A stretch of DNA of 32,000 nt from the NCBI RefSeq assembly GCF_051660745.1, contig NZ_JBOFQF010000038.1:75039-107038 (forward strand), written 5' to 3'. Of the stretch, positions 1 to 9,975 are shown in pieces (the stretch's first letter is position 1; every line of letters begins with the position of its first letter). The notes beneath the pieces were generated by a model. That model was given only the letters and a program-made list of their open reading frames with translations. It had not been told where the DNA came from and did no database searches. Position numbers and translations under genes: made by a program. Source of the stretch: Segniliparus sp. GTDB taxonomy: Bacteria > Actinomycetota > Actinomycetes > Mycobacteriales > Mycobacteriaceae.

Positions 1-702
1 GTGGACGGCTTCCGGGTTGAGCACGACGATTGCCTCGCCGAAAAGGAGCCCGTTCTTCGTGCCGCCGAACGACACGACGTCGACCCCAACGTCTGTGGTG
101 ATCGCCCGGAGCGGGACGTCGAGCGAGGCCGCGGCGTTGGCGAGGCGTGATCCGTCGAGGTGGACGAGCATGCCGAGGCGGTGGGCGCGCTCGCAGACCA
201 CGGCGATCTCGTCGGGGGTGTAGACGGTGCCGAGCTCGGTGCTCTGGGTGATCGACACCGCCGAGGGCTGCGCGTGGTGCACGCCGTCGAAGTTGTGCAG
301 ATGCGTGTCGACCAGCTCGGGGGTGAGTTTGCCGTCCGGAGTCGGGGTGGCGAGGATCTTGGCCCCGGCGAGCTTCTCGGGGGCGCCGCACTCGTCGCCG
401 TTGATGTGGGCGGTGCCCGCCGCGATCACCGCGCCCCACCGGGGCACGACCGCCTCGAGCGCCACGACGTTCGCGCCAGTGCCGTTGAACACGGGGAAAG
501 CTGCGGCGCGCGGGCCGAAATGCTCACGGAACACTTCCTGCAGCCGCTCGGTGTACACGTCGTCGCCGTACGCGGGCTGGTGTCCGCCGTTGGCGGTCGC
601 CAGGGCCGCCAACACCTGCGGGTGCGCGCCCGCCCAGTTGTCGCTCGCGAAACTCTTCTGGGAGGGGTCGTGGCGGCGGGCCACTCCGTCCGGCTTCTGC
701 AT
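1..702 (-). CDS. Threonine aldolase / beta-eliminating-lyase family PLP enzyme (C-terminus lies beyond the window edge)
   Basis: Absent from the supplied track because it is open at the window edge; translated by hand from ATG at 702: MQKPDGVARRHDPSQKSFASDNWAGAHPQVLAAL...AYGDDVYTERLQEVF...FNGTGANVVAL...HLDGSRLANAAASL...VSFGGTKNG. The FASDN N-terminus and the SFGGTKNG PLP-lysine region are typical of actinobacterial threonine aldolases. High GC3 in this frame. Confidence 0.75.
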   Translation of the reverse strand, partial: MQKPDGVARRHDPSQKSFASDNWAGAHPQVLAALATANGGHQPAYGDDVYTERLQEVFREHFGPRAAAFPVFNGTGANVVALEAVVPRWGAVIAAGTAHINGDECGAPEKLAGAKILATPTPDGKLTPELVDTHLHNFDGVHHAQPSAVSITQSTELGTVYTPDEIAVVCERAHRLGMLVHLDGSRLANAAASLDVPLRAITTDVGVDVVSFGGTKNGLLFGEAIVVLNPEAVH

Positions 703-713
703 AGGAGGCTCGG

Positions 714-1223
714 TCAGCAGAGCTCTTCGTCGGGGAAGGACTTCAGCACCGCGGACTCCAGCGTGCGCAGCCAGCGCACGATCTGCACCTGCTCCTCGGT
801 GCTGAGCACCGCGAGCGCTTCCGAGACGGTCTGCACGCGCGCCGACGCGGCGCCGACGACGTACTCGCGCCCCGCCGGGGTCACCGACAGCAAGGTGGCG
901 CGGCCGTCGGCCGGATCGGGTTCGCGCTGCACCAGCTCGGACTGCTCCAAGATCGTGACGACCCGGGACATGGTCGGGGCGGTGACTCGTTCGCGGTTGG
1001 CGAGGTCGCCGAGGCGCAACGGCCCGTGCTGGGCGATGACGAACAACGCGGAGAGCCCGCTGGCGGTGAGCGGGGTCATCTCTCCGGCCCGACGCATGCC
1101 GCGCAGGATGCGCAAGAGCAAGTAGTACACGTCGGCGGCGGCTCCGAGCCCCGCCTGGTCGAACACGGCTTTCGTCTCGGCGGCAAGTCCGGATTGCGAT
1201 TCGACTCCGCGCTCTGCGCTCAT
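714..1223 (-). CDS. MarR family transcriptional regulator
   Basis: Winged-helix core LRILRGMRRAGEMTPLTASGLSALFVIAQHGPLRLGDLANRERVTAPTMSRVVTILEQSELVQREPDPADGRATLLSVTPAGRE. Start taken at internal ATG 1223 (MSAERG...); the upstream extension to 1373 does not look like protein. The stop lies 11 nt upstream of the aldolase start. Confidence 0.85.
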   Translation of the reverse strand: MSAERGVESQSGLAAETKAVFDQAGLGAAADVYYLLLRILRGMRRAGEMTPLTASGLSALFVIAQHGPLRLGDLANRERVTAPTMSRVVTILEQSELVQREPDPADGRATLLSVTPAGREYVVGAASARVQTVSEALAVLSTEEQVQIVRWLRTLESAVLKSFPDEELC

Positions 1224-1362
1224 GTTCTTTCCTGTGCTCTGGGCTGAATTGGGGGGTAGTGTATCGCAGATTGTTGCAATGTGGCAATCAACTATGGCGG
1301 AAATCGTCGCGCGTGTTCTCGTGCGGTTGCCGAACCGTCCGGAGACCAGCCACACTAGAGCG

Positions 1363-2151
1363 ATGGGACCCACGCGCGCCCGGCGCTTCTTTTCGACACT
1401 CGCGGCTTCGCCAGACGCCGCGCGGGTCGTGAACGCGGTGGCGTACGGGGCGGCGCTCGGATTCCAGCTCTACTACGTCAAGAGCATGGTCGAGAACCCC
1501 GCGAAAGCGCGGACCATGGCGATGCGCCGCGCGGGAACGGTCACGGCGGCGGTCGAGGGCGGGTTGTACGACGCCGCGCTCGACCAGTTCGGCGACGACT
1601 TCCTCGCCGCGCAAGAGGCGTACCGCCGCAAAGGGCTGATCCTGGACGACCTGCTCGTCTCGGAGCCCCGGCCGCAACGGGCGCCCGTCCGCCGGAGGCT
1701 CCGCTGCCAGGCCGCGACGGCGCTGCGGGCCGCGTTGCCGAGGCGGAGACAGGACGGCGACGAGCGGCGCAGGGCCAAGGCGGTGACTGTCCGTTCGGCG
1801 CAAGCGTTGCGCAGCTCTATCCTCGGACCTGCGCCGATGATCCTGTCCGCGTACACGGGGCCGCATGATTACCGGGCGTTGTGGACTCCGGAGGACCGCA
1901 GGGTCGAGCATCAGCTGCTCATCGCGTTGGAGGAGTTGTCCGGGGCCTCGTTGCCAGGGCTCACCGAGGCGAACCTGCGGCCTTTCACGGACCCGGAGAC
2001 CGGGCTCCTGCTGCCATGGGACGAGGTCGTGGCGGGCGCAGGGGCCTTGGACGTGGACCAGGCCGTGGTCGAGTACCTTCTCGACTCCCGCTACGGCGAC
2101 GCGGTGCTGGCGGGCGCGAAGGCGTTCAACGAGGCGAGATCCGCGCGTTAA
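1363..2151 (+). CDS. Hypothetical protein (Arg-rich middle, no recognised domain)
   Basis: Strong GC3 bias in this frame, divergent from MarR. Start uncertain: ATG 1363, ATG 1294 or the track start 1222 are all possible. I recognised no motifs. Confidence 0.5.
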   Translation: MGPTRARRFFSTLAASPDAARVVNAVAYGAALGFQLYYVKSMVENPAKARTMAMRRAGTVTAAVEGGLYDAALDQFGDDFLAAQEAYRRKGLILDDLLVSEPRPQRAPVRRRLRCQAATALRAALPRRRQDGDERRRAKAVTVRSAQALRSSILGPAPMILSAYTGPHDYRALWTPEDRRVEHQLLIALEELSGASLPGLTEANLRPFTDPETGLLLPWDEVVAGAGALDVDQAVVEYLLDSRYGDAVLAGAKAFNEARSAR

Positions 2152-3074
2152 GCGACTTCCGGCGCCGAGGCGGCCCAGGTGTTGCAGTCGACCAGGCTTT
2201 TCGCGTCGGCTCCGCGCCGGAACCAGCGGCGGTGGCTCTCCGTCGACGCGTTGATACTGGACCCTCCCGCGTCGTCCCCGTAGGACGAGGTGCTCGCGAG
2301 GGCCTGGTCGAACATGTCGGTCGTGATGGAGCCGAGCCCGAGCTCGGCGGCGATGAACGAGCCGCTGAAGCACTGCCATTGCAGCGTGTGCCTGCGCCCG
2401 AACTCGCCGCGCTGCGGCGAGTTCTCCGGCACGTTGGCCCTGGCGTTCCGGTACGCGGCCGTGATGCCCGAGAGGGCCTGCACGTACTCGCCGTACCAGC
2501 CCGAGACGAGCCCGAGGGAGGATCCGGGATCGGGGTTGAGGGCGGGGGAGCCCGGTTGCGCGTACAGGATGTGGATCGAGTCGTCGCAGAGCGAGGCCGA
2601 GGAGAGCTCGGGCACGCAGGCCGTGCCGTAGCCCGCGCCGTAGTGGACGGCGAGGCTCGCGTCGGCGAACGGCAGGTTGGCCGCTTCGAGGACTGGCCGC
2701 CAGGTGGCGTTCATGCAGCCGACGGCGGCCTTCATGAAGGCTTGCTCGTCGGCTGCGGTCGGCTTCCAGCCGGGCAGCCTGCAGGTCGTCCCGTGCAGTG
2801 CGAGCCCCCGGTCGTTGAGCAACGGGTGGTCGCGGAGCTTGAGCACGCGGGCGGGCGGCCCGGTCGCGGTGAGGGGCGGGGGCGCGGCTCTCGTCGGCGC
2901 CGCGCCGGGGCTGGGGCCGCCCGCGGCGCCGCGAGCGGCGAGCCAAACGGCGCCCGAGACGGACAGGACGGCGGCCACTGCGGCGACGGCGATCAGCGAG
3001 ACGACCACCGGGCGGCGTAAGCCTGCCGGAGTCTCCGGCTCAGGCTTGATGTACGCCCGGTACGCCCGCCTCAT
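2148..3074 (-). CDS. Membrane-anchored extracytoplasmic hypothetical protein, translationally coupled to purC
   Basis: ATG 3074 overlaps the purC TGA (ATGA at 3071-3074). N-terminus [22 protein letters not shown] is followed by the TM helix [25 protein letters not shown] and then a Cys-containing soluble domain. The layout C...[10 protein letters not shown]...GWYGEYVQ...LQWQCFSG faintly recalls YpfJ-type putative Zn-metallopeptidases, but no HExxH is present. Confidence 0.65.
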   Translation of the reverse strand: MRRAYRAYIKPEPETPAGLRRPVVVSLIAVAAVAAVLSVSGAVWLAARGAAGGPSPGAAPTRAAPPPLTATGPPARVLKLRDHPLLNDRGLALHGTTCRLPGWKPTAADEQAFMKAAVGCMNATWRPVLEAANLPFADASLAVHYGAGYGTACVPELSSASLCDDSIHILYAQPGSPALNPDPGSSLGLVSGWYGEYVQALSGITAAYRNARANVPENSPQRGEFGRRHTLQWQCFSGSFIAAELGLGSITTDMFDQALASTSSYGDDAGGSSINASTESHRRWFRRGADAKSLVDCNTWAASAPEVA

Positions 3075-3940
3075 GCCAACCAGGCTCCGAACGACAGCCC
3101 GGTGACCTGCTCGTAGAGCTGGATGTAGCGCTCGCGCGTCGCGTCGGCGACCTCGGCGGGCAGCGGGGGCGGGGCTGCGCCCCCCGATTTCGACCAACCT
3201 GATTCAGGGCTCGTCAGCCAGTTGCGGACGTATTGCTTGTCGAGGCTCGTCCCGGGGCTCTCGGCGGGCCAGTAGCGCGACGAGTCCGGCGTGAGCGCCT
3301 CGTCGGCGAGCACGAGCTGCCCGTCCGAGTCCAGGCCGAACTCGAATTTCGTGTCCACGAGGGTCAGGCCCCGGTCCGCGACGAGCCGCGAGGCCGCGTC
3401 GAAGATCTCCAGGGTCGCGTCGCGGAGCTGCTCGGCGAGCTCGGCGCCCACCTGCTCGGCGACGCCGTCGAAGCTGATGCTCTCGTCGTGCTCGCCGACG
3501 TCGGCTTTCGTGGTGGGGGTGAAGATCGCGGGCGCCAGCCGGGCGTTCTCGGCCAGGCCCGGCGGCAGCGCCACGCCGGAGACGGACCCGTCCGCCTGGT
3601 AGTCGGACCAGCCGGAGCCGGTGAGATAGCCCCGGGCGATGCACTCCACCGGGACCATGCGCAGTTTGCGCACCACGAGCGCCCTGCCGAGGACTTCCTC
3701 GGGGATGCGCCCGTCGTCCGGCGGGCCCGCGAGGTGGTTCCGGACGGCGAGCCTCTCGAAGAAGAAGACGGAGAGCGCGGTGAGCACCCGGCCCTTGTCC
3801 GGGATGGGGGTGGCGAGCACGTGGTCGTACGCGGAGAGGCGGTCGCTGGCGACGAACAGCAGGTGCTCGTCGTCCACCTCGTAGAGGTCGCGGACTTTTC
3901 CGGAGTGCACGTGCGGGTACTCGGCGAGCGATGGGCGCAT
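3071..3940 (-). CDS. purC: Phosphoribosylaminoimidazole-succinocarboxamide (SAICAR) synthase
   Basis: Full-length match to the PurC pattern: [31 protein letters not shown]...IPDKGRVLT...[20 protein letters not shown]...[13 protein letters not shown]...LVDTKFEFG...[14 protein letters not shown]. Confidence 0.95.
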   Translation of the reverse strand: MRPSLAEYPHVHSGKVRDLYEVDDEHLLFVASDRLSAYDHVLATPIPDKGRVLTALSVFFFERLAVRNHLAGPPDDGRIPEEVLGRALVVRKLRMVPVECIARGYLTGSGWSDYQADGSVSGVALPPGLAENARLAPAIFTPTTKADVGEHDESISFDGVAEQVGAELAEQLRDATLEIFDAASRLVADRGLTLVDTKFEFGLDSDGQLVLADEALTPDSSRYWPAESPGTSLDKQYVRNWLTSPESGWSKSGGAAPPPLPAEVADATRERYIQLYEQVTGLSFGAWLA

Positions 3941-4012
3941 GGGTCATGAGCGTACCTGGCCACCCACAGGCCCGCTGGGCCGTCGTGCTGCGGTGTTGCG
4001 CCTTTGCCCGTC

Positions 4013-4052
4013 TCATATTAGCATTCACGCATATAAGGATTCGCGCATATGA
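4013..4052. promoter_or_regulatory. Candidate metal-responsive operator upstream of the CDF gene (direct repeat ATTC[A/G]CGCATAT x2, CATAT-rich)
   Basis: attcacgcatat (4022-4033) and attcgcgcatat (4038-4049) repeat with 16-bp phasing, flanked by tcatat...atatga, in an AT-rich patch 15-55 bp upstream of ATG 4067. No cognate ArsR/Zur-type regulator lies adjacent. Confidence 0.25.
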
Positions 4053-4066
4053 CAGAGGAGACCTGA

Positions 4067-5044
4067 ATGGCGCACGACCACGACCACGGGCACGGGCTTG
4101 ACACGAGCAGCGATCGAAGGTGGCTGTTCGCGGCGTTGGCGCTGTTGCTCGTGTTCATGGCGGGCGAGGTGGCGGCAGGCCTCGCCGCAGGCTCCCTGGC
4201 GCTTTTGTCCGACGCCGCGCACATGCTCACCGACGTGGCCTCGCTCGTCCTCGCGCTCGTGGCGATGAAGCTCGCCGCCCGCCCGGCCGAGGGCTCCATG
4301 ACCTACGGCCTGCGCCGCGCCGAGATCCTTTCCGCCCAGCTCAACGGGGCCACCCTCCTCGTGCTCGGCGGTTGGTTCGTGTACGAGGGGATCACAAGGC
4401 TGCTGCATCCGCCGCAGGTCGAGGGCGGGCTGGTGCTCGTCGTCGCGCTCGTCGGCGTCGCGGTGAACATCGCCGCGACGGTGTGCGTCGGCAAGGCGAA
4501 CCGCGCCAGCCTCAACGTCGAGGGGGCTTTCCAGCACATCCTCACGGACCTCTACGCCTTCATCGCCACGGTCGTCGCCGGATTGGTGATCTGGCTGACC
4601 GGGTTCGCCAGGGCGGACGCGCTCGCCGCGCTCGTCGTCGCCGCGCTGATGCTCAAATCGGGCTGGGGCCTTGTGCGCGCGGCTTCTCGGATCCTCCTCG
4701 AAGCCGCTCCCGCCGGATTCTCGCCCGACGCCATCGGCGCGCAGCTTGTCGCGCTCGACGACGTCGTCGAGGTGCACGACCTGCATATTTGGGAGATCTC
4801 GTCGGGCCAGGCCGCCCTCTCCGCCCACGTGTTGGTCACGGGCGCGGCGGACTGCCACGAGCGCCGGGTCGCGATGGAGCGGCTCTTGCGCGACGAGCAC
4901 GGCGTCGAGCACACGACGATCCAGGTGGACCATTTCGCCGAAGGCGAAGAGCACTGCGAGCAGGCACATGGCCGCGTCCATCGGTCTGAACGAGACGAAG
5001 TCGGGCCGGTGGAGCAGACTAGTAGGCATGAGCACCACCACTGA
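4067..5044 (+). CDS. Cation diffusion facilitator (CDF) family divalent-metal efflux transporter, CzcD/ZitB-like
   Basis: His-rich N-terminus MAHDHDHGHG; TM motifs GSLALLSDAAHMLTDV and FQHILTDLYA (the HxxxD pairs of CDF site A); cytoplasmic domain VHDLHIWEISSGQAALSAHV; His-rich C-terminus SRHEHHH. Confidence 0.9.
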   Translation: MAHDHDHGHGLDTSSDRRWLFAALALLLVFMAGEVAAGLAAGSLALLSDAAHMLTDVASLVLALVAMKLAARPAEGSMTYGLRRAEILSAQLNGATLLVLGGWFVYEGITRLLHPPQVEGGLVLVVALVGVAVNIAATVCVGKANRASLNVEGAFQHILTDLYAFIATVVAGLVIWLTGFARADALAALVVAALMLKSGWGLVRAASRILLEAAPAGFSPDAIGAQLVALDDVVEVHDLHIWEISSGQAALSAHVLVTGAADCHERRVAMERLLRDEHGVEHTTIQVDHFAEGEEHCEQAHGRVHRSERDEVGPVEQTSRHEHHH

Positions 5045-6176
5045 GGCCGACTTCCTCGTCGTCGGCGCGGGGATAGCCGGGGCTTCGACGGGGTATTTTC
5101 TCGCGCCGCACGGCAAAGTCGTCGTCCTCGAGCAGGAGGATGCTCCGGGCTACCACACCACGGGGCGCTCGGCCGCGATGTACGAGCCCGCGTACGGCAA
5201 TGCGCAGGTCCGCACGCTGACGGCGGCGAGCAGGGCTTTCTTCGACGCCCCGCCCAAGGGGTTCGCCGAGCATCCGCTGCTCGCCCCGAGGGGCGTGGTG
5301 ATCGCGCGGCTCTCGGGAGAGGAGTTCGAGTCCGACTCGCCCGAGTCCGACGAGGCTCTGATCGCCGACCTGCTCGACGTGCCGGGGGCGAAGCTCCTCG
5401 GGAAAGAGGAGGTGCTCGAGCTCCTCCCGGTGCTGCGCGAGGAGCTCGTGCTGGGCGGCGTGCACGACACGCACGCCGAAGACGTCGACGTCGGCGAGCT
5501 GCACCTCGGCTTCCTCAAGGGGATCCGGGCGCACGGCGGCGAAGTGCGCTGCGGGCGCAAGGTCGCCTCGCTCCAGCGCGTCGGATCGCATTGGGAAGCG
5601 AAGTCGGGCGACGAGGTCTACCGGGCGCCCGTGGTGGTCAACGCGGCCGGGGCCTGGGCCGACGTGGTCGCCCAGCTCGCCGGGGCCGGGCAGATCGGGC
5701 TGGTCCCCAAACGCCGCTCCGCGTTCGTCTTCCACCCGCCCGAAGGGCTGGACGTGCATGCCCTGCCAATGGTCAAAGACCTGCGGATGAACTTCTACGT
5801 CAAACCGGACGCGGGCATGCTCCTCGGCTCCCCGGCGAACGCCGACCCGGTCCCGCCCCAGGACGTGAAACCCCCGGACCTCGACATCGCCCTCGCGATC
5901 TACCGGATCGAGGCCGCCACCACGCTCACCGTGGGCCGCCCGGCGCGGACCTGGGCGGGGCTGCGCTCCTTCGTCGCGGACGAGGGGCTGGTCGGCGGGT
6001 ACGCGCCCGATGCGGAGGGCTTCTTCTGGGTCGCCGCGCAAGGCGGCTACGGCATCCAGACCTCGCCCGCGATGGGCGAGGCGACCGCCGCGCTGGTCCT
6101 CGGCGAGCAGATCCCGGCGCATATCGCCGCGCACCACGTCACCGCCGAGGCGCTGAGCCCGTCGAGGCTGCGATGA
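5028..6176 (+). CDS. FAD-dependent oxidoreductase (DAO / glycine-D-amino-acid oxidase-like family)
   Basis: Internal ATG 5028 gives MSTTTEADFLVVGAGIAGASTGYFLA..VVVLEQE, a GxGxxG Rossmann dinucleotide fold. The sequence upstream in the track ORF (4671-5027) is out of frame with the CDF gene and not protein-like. It overlaps the CDF stop by 17 nt, and its stop overlaps the next start (ATGA at 6173-6176). Confidence 0.8.
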   Translation: MSTTTEADFLVVGAGIAGASTGYFLAPHGKVVVLEQEDAPGYHTTGRSAAMYEPAYGNAQVRTLTAASRAFFDAPPKGFAEHPLLAPRGVVIARLSGEEFESDSPESDEALIADLLDVPGAKLLGKEEVLELLPVLREELVLGGVHDTHAEDVDVGELHLGFLKGIRAHGGEVRCGRKVASLQRVGSHWEAKSGDEVYRAPVVVNAAGAWADVVAQLAGAGQIGLVPKRRSAFVFHPPEGLDVHALPMVKDLRMNFYVKPDAGMLLGSPANADPVPPQDVKPPDLDIALAIYRIEAATTLTVGRPARTWAGLRSFVADEGLVGGYAPDAEGFFWVAAQGGYGIQTSPAMGEATAALVLGEQIPAHIAAHHVTAEALSPSRLR

Positions 6177-6610
6177 GCGCTCCGGAGTGGCCGACGCTCG
6201 TCTACGCCGACGCGAAGGCGGCGGTCGTGTTCTTCGCGAGGGCGTTCGGCTTCACTCCGGGGATGCTGGTCGGCTCAGGCGACCTCGTGCTCCGCGCGGA
6301 GCTGGTGTGGCAGGGCCGGGGCGTGGCCGTGGTCGAGGCCGCGTCGGAGGCGGCAGGGGAGGGAGCGGGCTCGGTGTCGCTCGCCGTCGATTCGCCGCAG
6401 GAGGCCGACGCGCTGTACGAGCGCGCTGTCGCGGCCGGGGCGCGCAGCGTCCTCGCGCCGCACGACGGGGAAGGCCCGGAAAGGAAGGGCAGGGCGCGCC
6501 GCTTCCAGGTCGCCGACCCCGAGGGCGTGCTGTGGTTGTTCGCCGCTCAGTGCCCGCAGAGTTTGGCTGACCCGCAGCCGCTGCCGCTCGCGCAGGCCTC
6601 GGCGGAGTAA
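6173..6610 (+). CDS. VOC / glyoxalase-bleomycin-resistance family protein
   Basis: MSAPEWPTLVYADAKAAVVFFARAFGFTPG...AELVWQGRGVAVVEA...LAVDSPQEADALYERAVAAGA...RRFQVADPEGVLWLF, a typical small beta-alpha-beta-beta-beta VOC pattern. ATGA coupling to the upstream gene. The last ~20 codons overlap the convergent gene. Confidence 0.7.
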   Translation: MSAPEWPTLVYADAKAAVVFFARAFGFTPGMLVGSGDLVLRAELVWQGRGVAVVEAASEAAGEGAGSVSLAVDSPQEADALYERAVAAGARSVLAPHDGEGPERKGRARRFQVADPEGVLWLFAAQCPQSLADPQPLPLAQASAE

Positions 6611-6987
6611 GGGCACGTCGGAGCGCTTGCTGCCGAGACGGGCAGCCGGTCTGCGGCTTTGTTCCCCACATAGGCCCCGTAGCCGATCGGGAGGAGCGAG
6701 ACGAGCGCGCCCAGCAGGACCGCGACGGCGAAGCCCAATGGCGCGGGCAGGGCGAGCGCGCCGATCGCGGTGAGGACCATGACGGCTCCGCCTGCGGCGA
6801 CGCCCGGGGCGGCGATCTTGTTGGCGAGCTTGAACGCCTCGTCCGAGCGCATGGTGGCGGGGGTGCGCACGCCCGCGAACCGGTTCGCCGACAGTTTCTG
6901 CGTCCACGAGGCCCACGCGACCGCGAGCAGCGCGCAGCCTGCGAGGGCGAAGACGACCGCGACGGCGATGACCGAGAAGGAGGGCAT
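6547..6987 (-). CDS. SdpI/YhfL-like integral membrane protein with Cys-rich C-terminal tail
   Basis: Three or four hydrophobic helices, and [18 protein letters not shown] resembles the SdpI-family loop motif. The tail is [26 protein letters not shown] 6987 is preferred over the TTG at 7008, whose GGAGG then serves as the SD. Confidence 0.6.
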   Translation of the reverse strand: MPSFSVIAVAVVFALAGCALLAVAWASWTQKLSANRFAGVRTPATMRSDEAFKLANKIAAPGVAAGGAVMVLTAIGALALPAPLGFAVAVLLGALVSLLPIGYGAYVGNKAADRLPVSAASAPTCPYSAEACASGSGCGSAKLCGH

Positions 6988-7085
6988 GCGACGAGTGTAA
7001 TCCTCCAAGGCCGCGCGGACACAAAACCAATGCAGCAGGCTCGCGCCGACGATCTGGTTTGCACAGCGCAGTAAGCTCTACGCCC

Positions 7086-9947
7086 ATGACCGAACCTGCT
7101 TCGACCCGCTACGACAACACGGCCGCCGGGCGGATCGAGGCGTTCTGGCAAGCCGAATGGGAGCGCGCCGGGGCGTTCCACGCGGACAACCCGGTCGGCG
7201 GCCTCGCGGGCGCGGGCGCGGGGCTGGAGCCGTTCTTCATCATGGACATGTTCCCGTATCCGTCGGGGGACGGCCTGCACGTCGGGCACCCGCTCGGCTT
7301 CATCGCCACGGACGTGCTCGCCCGCTTCCAGCGGATGGCGGGGAAGAACGTCCTGCACACCATGGGCTTCGACTCGTTCGGCCTGCCGACCGAGATCTAC
7401 GCGGTGCAGACCGGGATCCACCCGGCGAAAGTGACGGACACGAACGTGGCGCGGTTCTTGCAGCAGATCCGCCGCCTCGGCCTGGGCCACGACGAGCGCC
7501 GCCGGTTCAACACCTCCGACCCCGACTACTACCGCTGGACGCAGTGGATCTTCCTCAAGATCTACAACGCCTGGTACGACCAGGGCCAGAAGCGCGCGAG
7601 GCCGGTGGGCGAGCTGGAGGCCGAGTTCGCCTCCGGAGCGCGGGCGACGTCGGACGGACGAGCCTGGGGCGATCTCACGAAGGGCGAGCAGCGCGCGCTG
7701 GTCGACTCGTACCGGCTGGTCGGGCGGCACGAGTCGGTGGTGAACTGGTGCCCCGGCCTCGGCACGGTGCTGTCGAACGAGGAGGTCACCGACGAGGGGC
7801 GCTCCGAGCGCGGCAACTTCCCCGTGTTCCGCAAGAACCTGCGCCAGTGGACGATGCGGATCACCGAGTACGCCGACCGGCTCGTCGACGACCTCGACCG
7901 CCTGGACTGGCCGGACAAGGTCAAGTCCATGCAGCGCAACTGGATCGGCCGCTCGACCGGCGCGGTGGTGGCGTTCGAGATAGCCGGTGATCGCCGCCTT
8001 GGCGCGTTGGAAGTGTTCACGACCAGGCCGGACACGCTGTACGGCGTCACCTTCATGGTGGCCGCGCCCGAGTCCGAGCTGGTCGACGCCCTCGTGCCGG
8101 ACCAGTGGCCCGAGGGCACGAGCCCCGAGTGGACCGGCGGGGCGGCGACCCCGGCGGAGGCAGTGGCCGCCTACCGGGCCAAGGTCGCGAACCGGGGCGA
8201 GCGCGAGCGGCAAGAGGAGAAGACCAAGACGGGCGTCTTCACCGGCGCGTTCGCGGTCAACCCGATCACCGAGGAGCGCATCCCGCTCTTCGTGGCGGAC
8301 TACGTCCTCGTCGGGTACGGCACCGGCGTGGTCATGGCCGTGCCGGGGCACGACCAGCGGGACTGGGAGTTCGCGAAAACCTTCGGCCTGCCGGTCGCCG
8401 AGGTCGTCTCCGGCGGCGACGTCGAGACCGGCGCGCACACCGGCGACGGGAAACTGGTGAACTCGGGGGCCTGGGACGGGCTTTCGCCGAGCGAGGCCAA
8501 GGCGGTCGCGGCGCAGGACCTGGAGCGGCGCGGCGTGGGCCGCGCGCAGCTGCAGTACAAGCTGCGCGATTGGCTCTTCGCCCGCCAACGCTACTGGGGC
8601 GAGCCGTTCCCGCTGGTGGCAGATAGTTCCGTGGACCAGGTCTTCCCGCTCGGCGACGCGCAGCTGCCGGTCCTGTTGCCCGAGATCGAGGACTTCCGCC
8701 CGATCGTGTTCGAAGCCGACGACGCGGACTCCCGCCCGTCCGCCCCGCTGAAGAAGGCGGGCGCGTGGCTCACGACCGAGTTCGACTTCGGCGACGGGCT
8801 CAAGCCCTACACCCGCGAGACGGACGTGATGCCGAACTGGGCGGGGAGCTGCTGGTACTACCTGCGCTATTTGGACCCGAAGAACGAGGAGACGTTCTGC
8901 GACCCGGCGAACGAGCACTACTGGATCGGCCCGAAGCCTGAAAAGCGCGGAGCGGCGGACCCCGGCGGCGTCGACCTCTACGTCGGCGGCACCGAGCACG
9001 CGGTGCTGCACCTGTTGTACGCGCGGTTCTGGCACAAGGTGCTCCACGACTTGGGCGAGGTGTCCTCGGCAGAGCCGTTCCGGCGCTTGTTCAACCAGGG
9101 GTACATCCAGGCCGCCTCGTACACCGACTCCCGCGGCGCGTACGTGCCCGCCGCCGAGGTCGAGGAGCGGGGCGGCGAGTTCTTCTGGACAGACTCTGAT
9201 GGAACGACACAGCCGGTCAAGCGCGAGTTCGGCAAGATGGGCAAGAGCCTGAAGAACTCGGTCACCCCCGACGAGATCTGCGCCGAGTACGGCGCGGACA
9301 CGTTGCGGGTCTACGAGATGTCGATGGGCCCCTTGGACCAGTCGAAGGACTGGTCTACCAAGGACATCGTCGGGGCGCAGCGCTTCCTCGCCCGCGTGTG
9401 GCGCCTCGTTGTCGACGAGGACGGCGCGGGCAAGGCGAGGGTGGCCGAGTCCGAGCCGGACGTCGAGACGCTGCGCGTCCTGCACCGCACCATCGCCCAG
9501 GTCGGCGAGGACTACCCGGCGCTCAAGTTCAACCTCGCGGTGGCCAAGCTCATCGAGTACACCAACCACCTGACGAAACGCTATCTCTCCGACCAGCAGG
9601 GCCCGGACGGCGCCCCGCGCGCGGCGGTGGAGCCGCTCGTCGTGATGCTCGCCCCGCTCGCCCCGCACCTCGCCGAGGAGCTGTGGCGCGCGCTGGGCCA
9701 CGAGGAGCTGCTGGTCCGCCACCCGTTCCCGGCGGTCGACCCGAAATTCCTCGTGGACGACGAGGTGAGGCTCCCGGTGCAGATCGGGGGCAAGGTCCGG
9801 GCCACCATCGTCGTGCCTGCGGAAGCCGCCGAGGACGTGGTCCGCGCCGCCGCGCTCGCCGACCCGAAGGTCGTGGAGCAGCTCGCGGGCAAGGAGCCCA
9901 AGCGAGTCATCGTCGTGCCGAAGAAGATGGTCAGCATCGTGCTCTGA
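7086..9947 (+). CDS. leuS: Leucyl-tRNA synthetase
   Basis: Class I aaRS signatures: HVGHPLG (HIGH) and KMGKSLKN (KMSKS), an editing-domain region, ~950 aa. ATG 7086 is preferred over TTG 7059. Confidence 0.97.
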   Translation: MTEPASTRYDNTAAGRIEAFWQAEWERAGAFHADNPVGGLAGAGAGLEPFFIMDMFPYPSGDGLHVGHPLGFIATDVLARFQRMAGKNVLHTMGFDSFGLPTEIYAVQTGIHPAKVTDTNVARFLQQIRRLGLGHDERRRFNTSDPDYYRWTQWIFLKIYNAWYDQGQKRARPVGELEAEFASGARATSDGRAWGDLTKGEQRALVDSYRLVGRHESVVNWCPGLGTVLSNEEVTDEGRSERGNFPVFRKNLRQWTMRITEYADRLVDDLDRLDWPDKVKSMQRNWIGRSTGAVVAFEIAGDRRLGALEVFTTRPDTLYGVTFMVAAPESELVDALVPDQWPEGTSPEWTGGAATPAEAVAAYRAKVANRGERERQEEKTKTGVFTGAFAVNPITEERIPLFVADYVLVGYGTGVVMAVPGHDQRDWEFAKTFGLPVAEVVSGGDVETGAHTGDGKLVNSGAWDGLSPSEAKAVAAQDLERRGVGRAQLQYKLRDWLFARQRYWGEPFPLVADSSVDQVFPLGDAQLPVLLPEIEDFRPIVFEADDADSRPSAPLKKAGAWLTTEFDFGDGLKPYTRETDVMPNWAGSCWYYLRYLDPKNEETFCDPANEHYWIGPKPEKRGAADPGGVDLYVGGTEHAVLHLLYARFWHKVLHDLGEVSSAEPFRRLFNQGYIQAASYTDSRGAYVPAAEVEERGGEFFWTDSDGTTQPVKREFGKMGKSLKNSVTPDEICAEYGADTLRVYEMSMGPLDQSKDWSTKDIVGAQRFLARVWRLVVDEDGAGKARVAESEPDVETLRVLHRTIAQVGEDYPALKFNLAVAKLIEYTNHLTKRYLSDQQGPDGAPRAAVEPLVVMLAPLAPHLAEELWRALGHEELLVRHPFPAVDPKFLVDDEVRLPVQIGGKVRATIVVPAEAAEDVVRAAALADPKVVEQLAGKEPKRVIVVPKKMVSIVL

Positions 9948-9975
9948 GCCGAGCCGGAGAGAAGGAGGCGCCGCT

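Noticed and set aside
3941-4066. Possible NiCo (czcD-type) riboswitch in the CDF leader.
   Set aside because: The leader is short, and I could not recognise the conserved NiCo helices or the A/G-rich core by eye. A protein operator (the direct repeats) is the simpler explanation. An Infernal/Rfam scan would settle it.
6252-9722. 1,156-aa ORF antisense to leuS. Similar long antisense or off-frame ORFs occur at 1288-2946, 14617-16872, 14957-16534, 19387-21561, 21636-23423, 17436-18614 and 27185-28288.
   Set aside because: These are Arg/Pro/Gly/Ala-rich, low-complexity shadow ORFs, typical of stop-codon-poor frames in ~70% GC DNA. Each is fully covered by an opposite-strand or other-frame gene with clear family motifs and proper GC3 bias.
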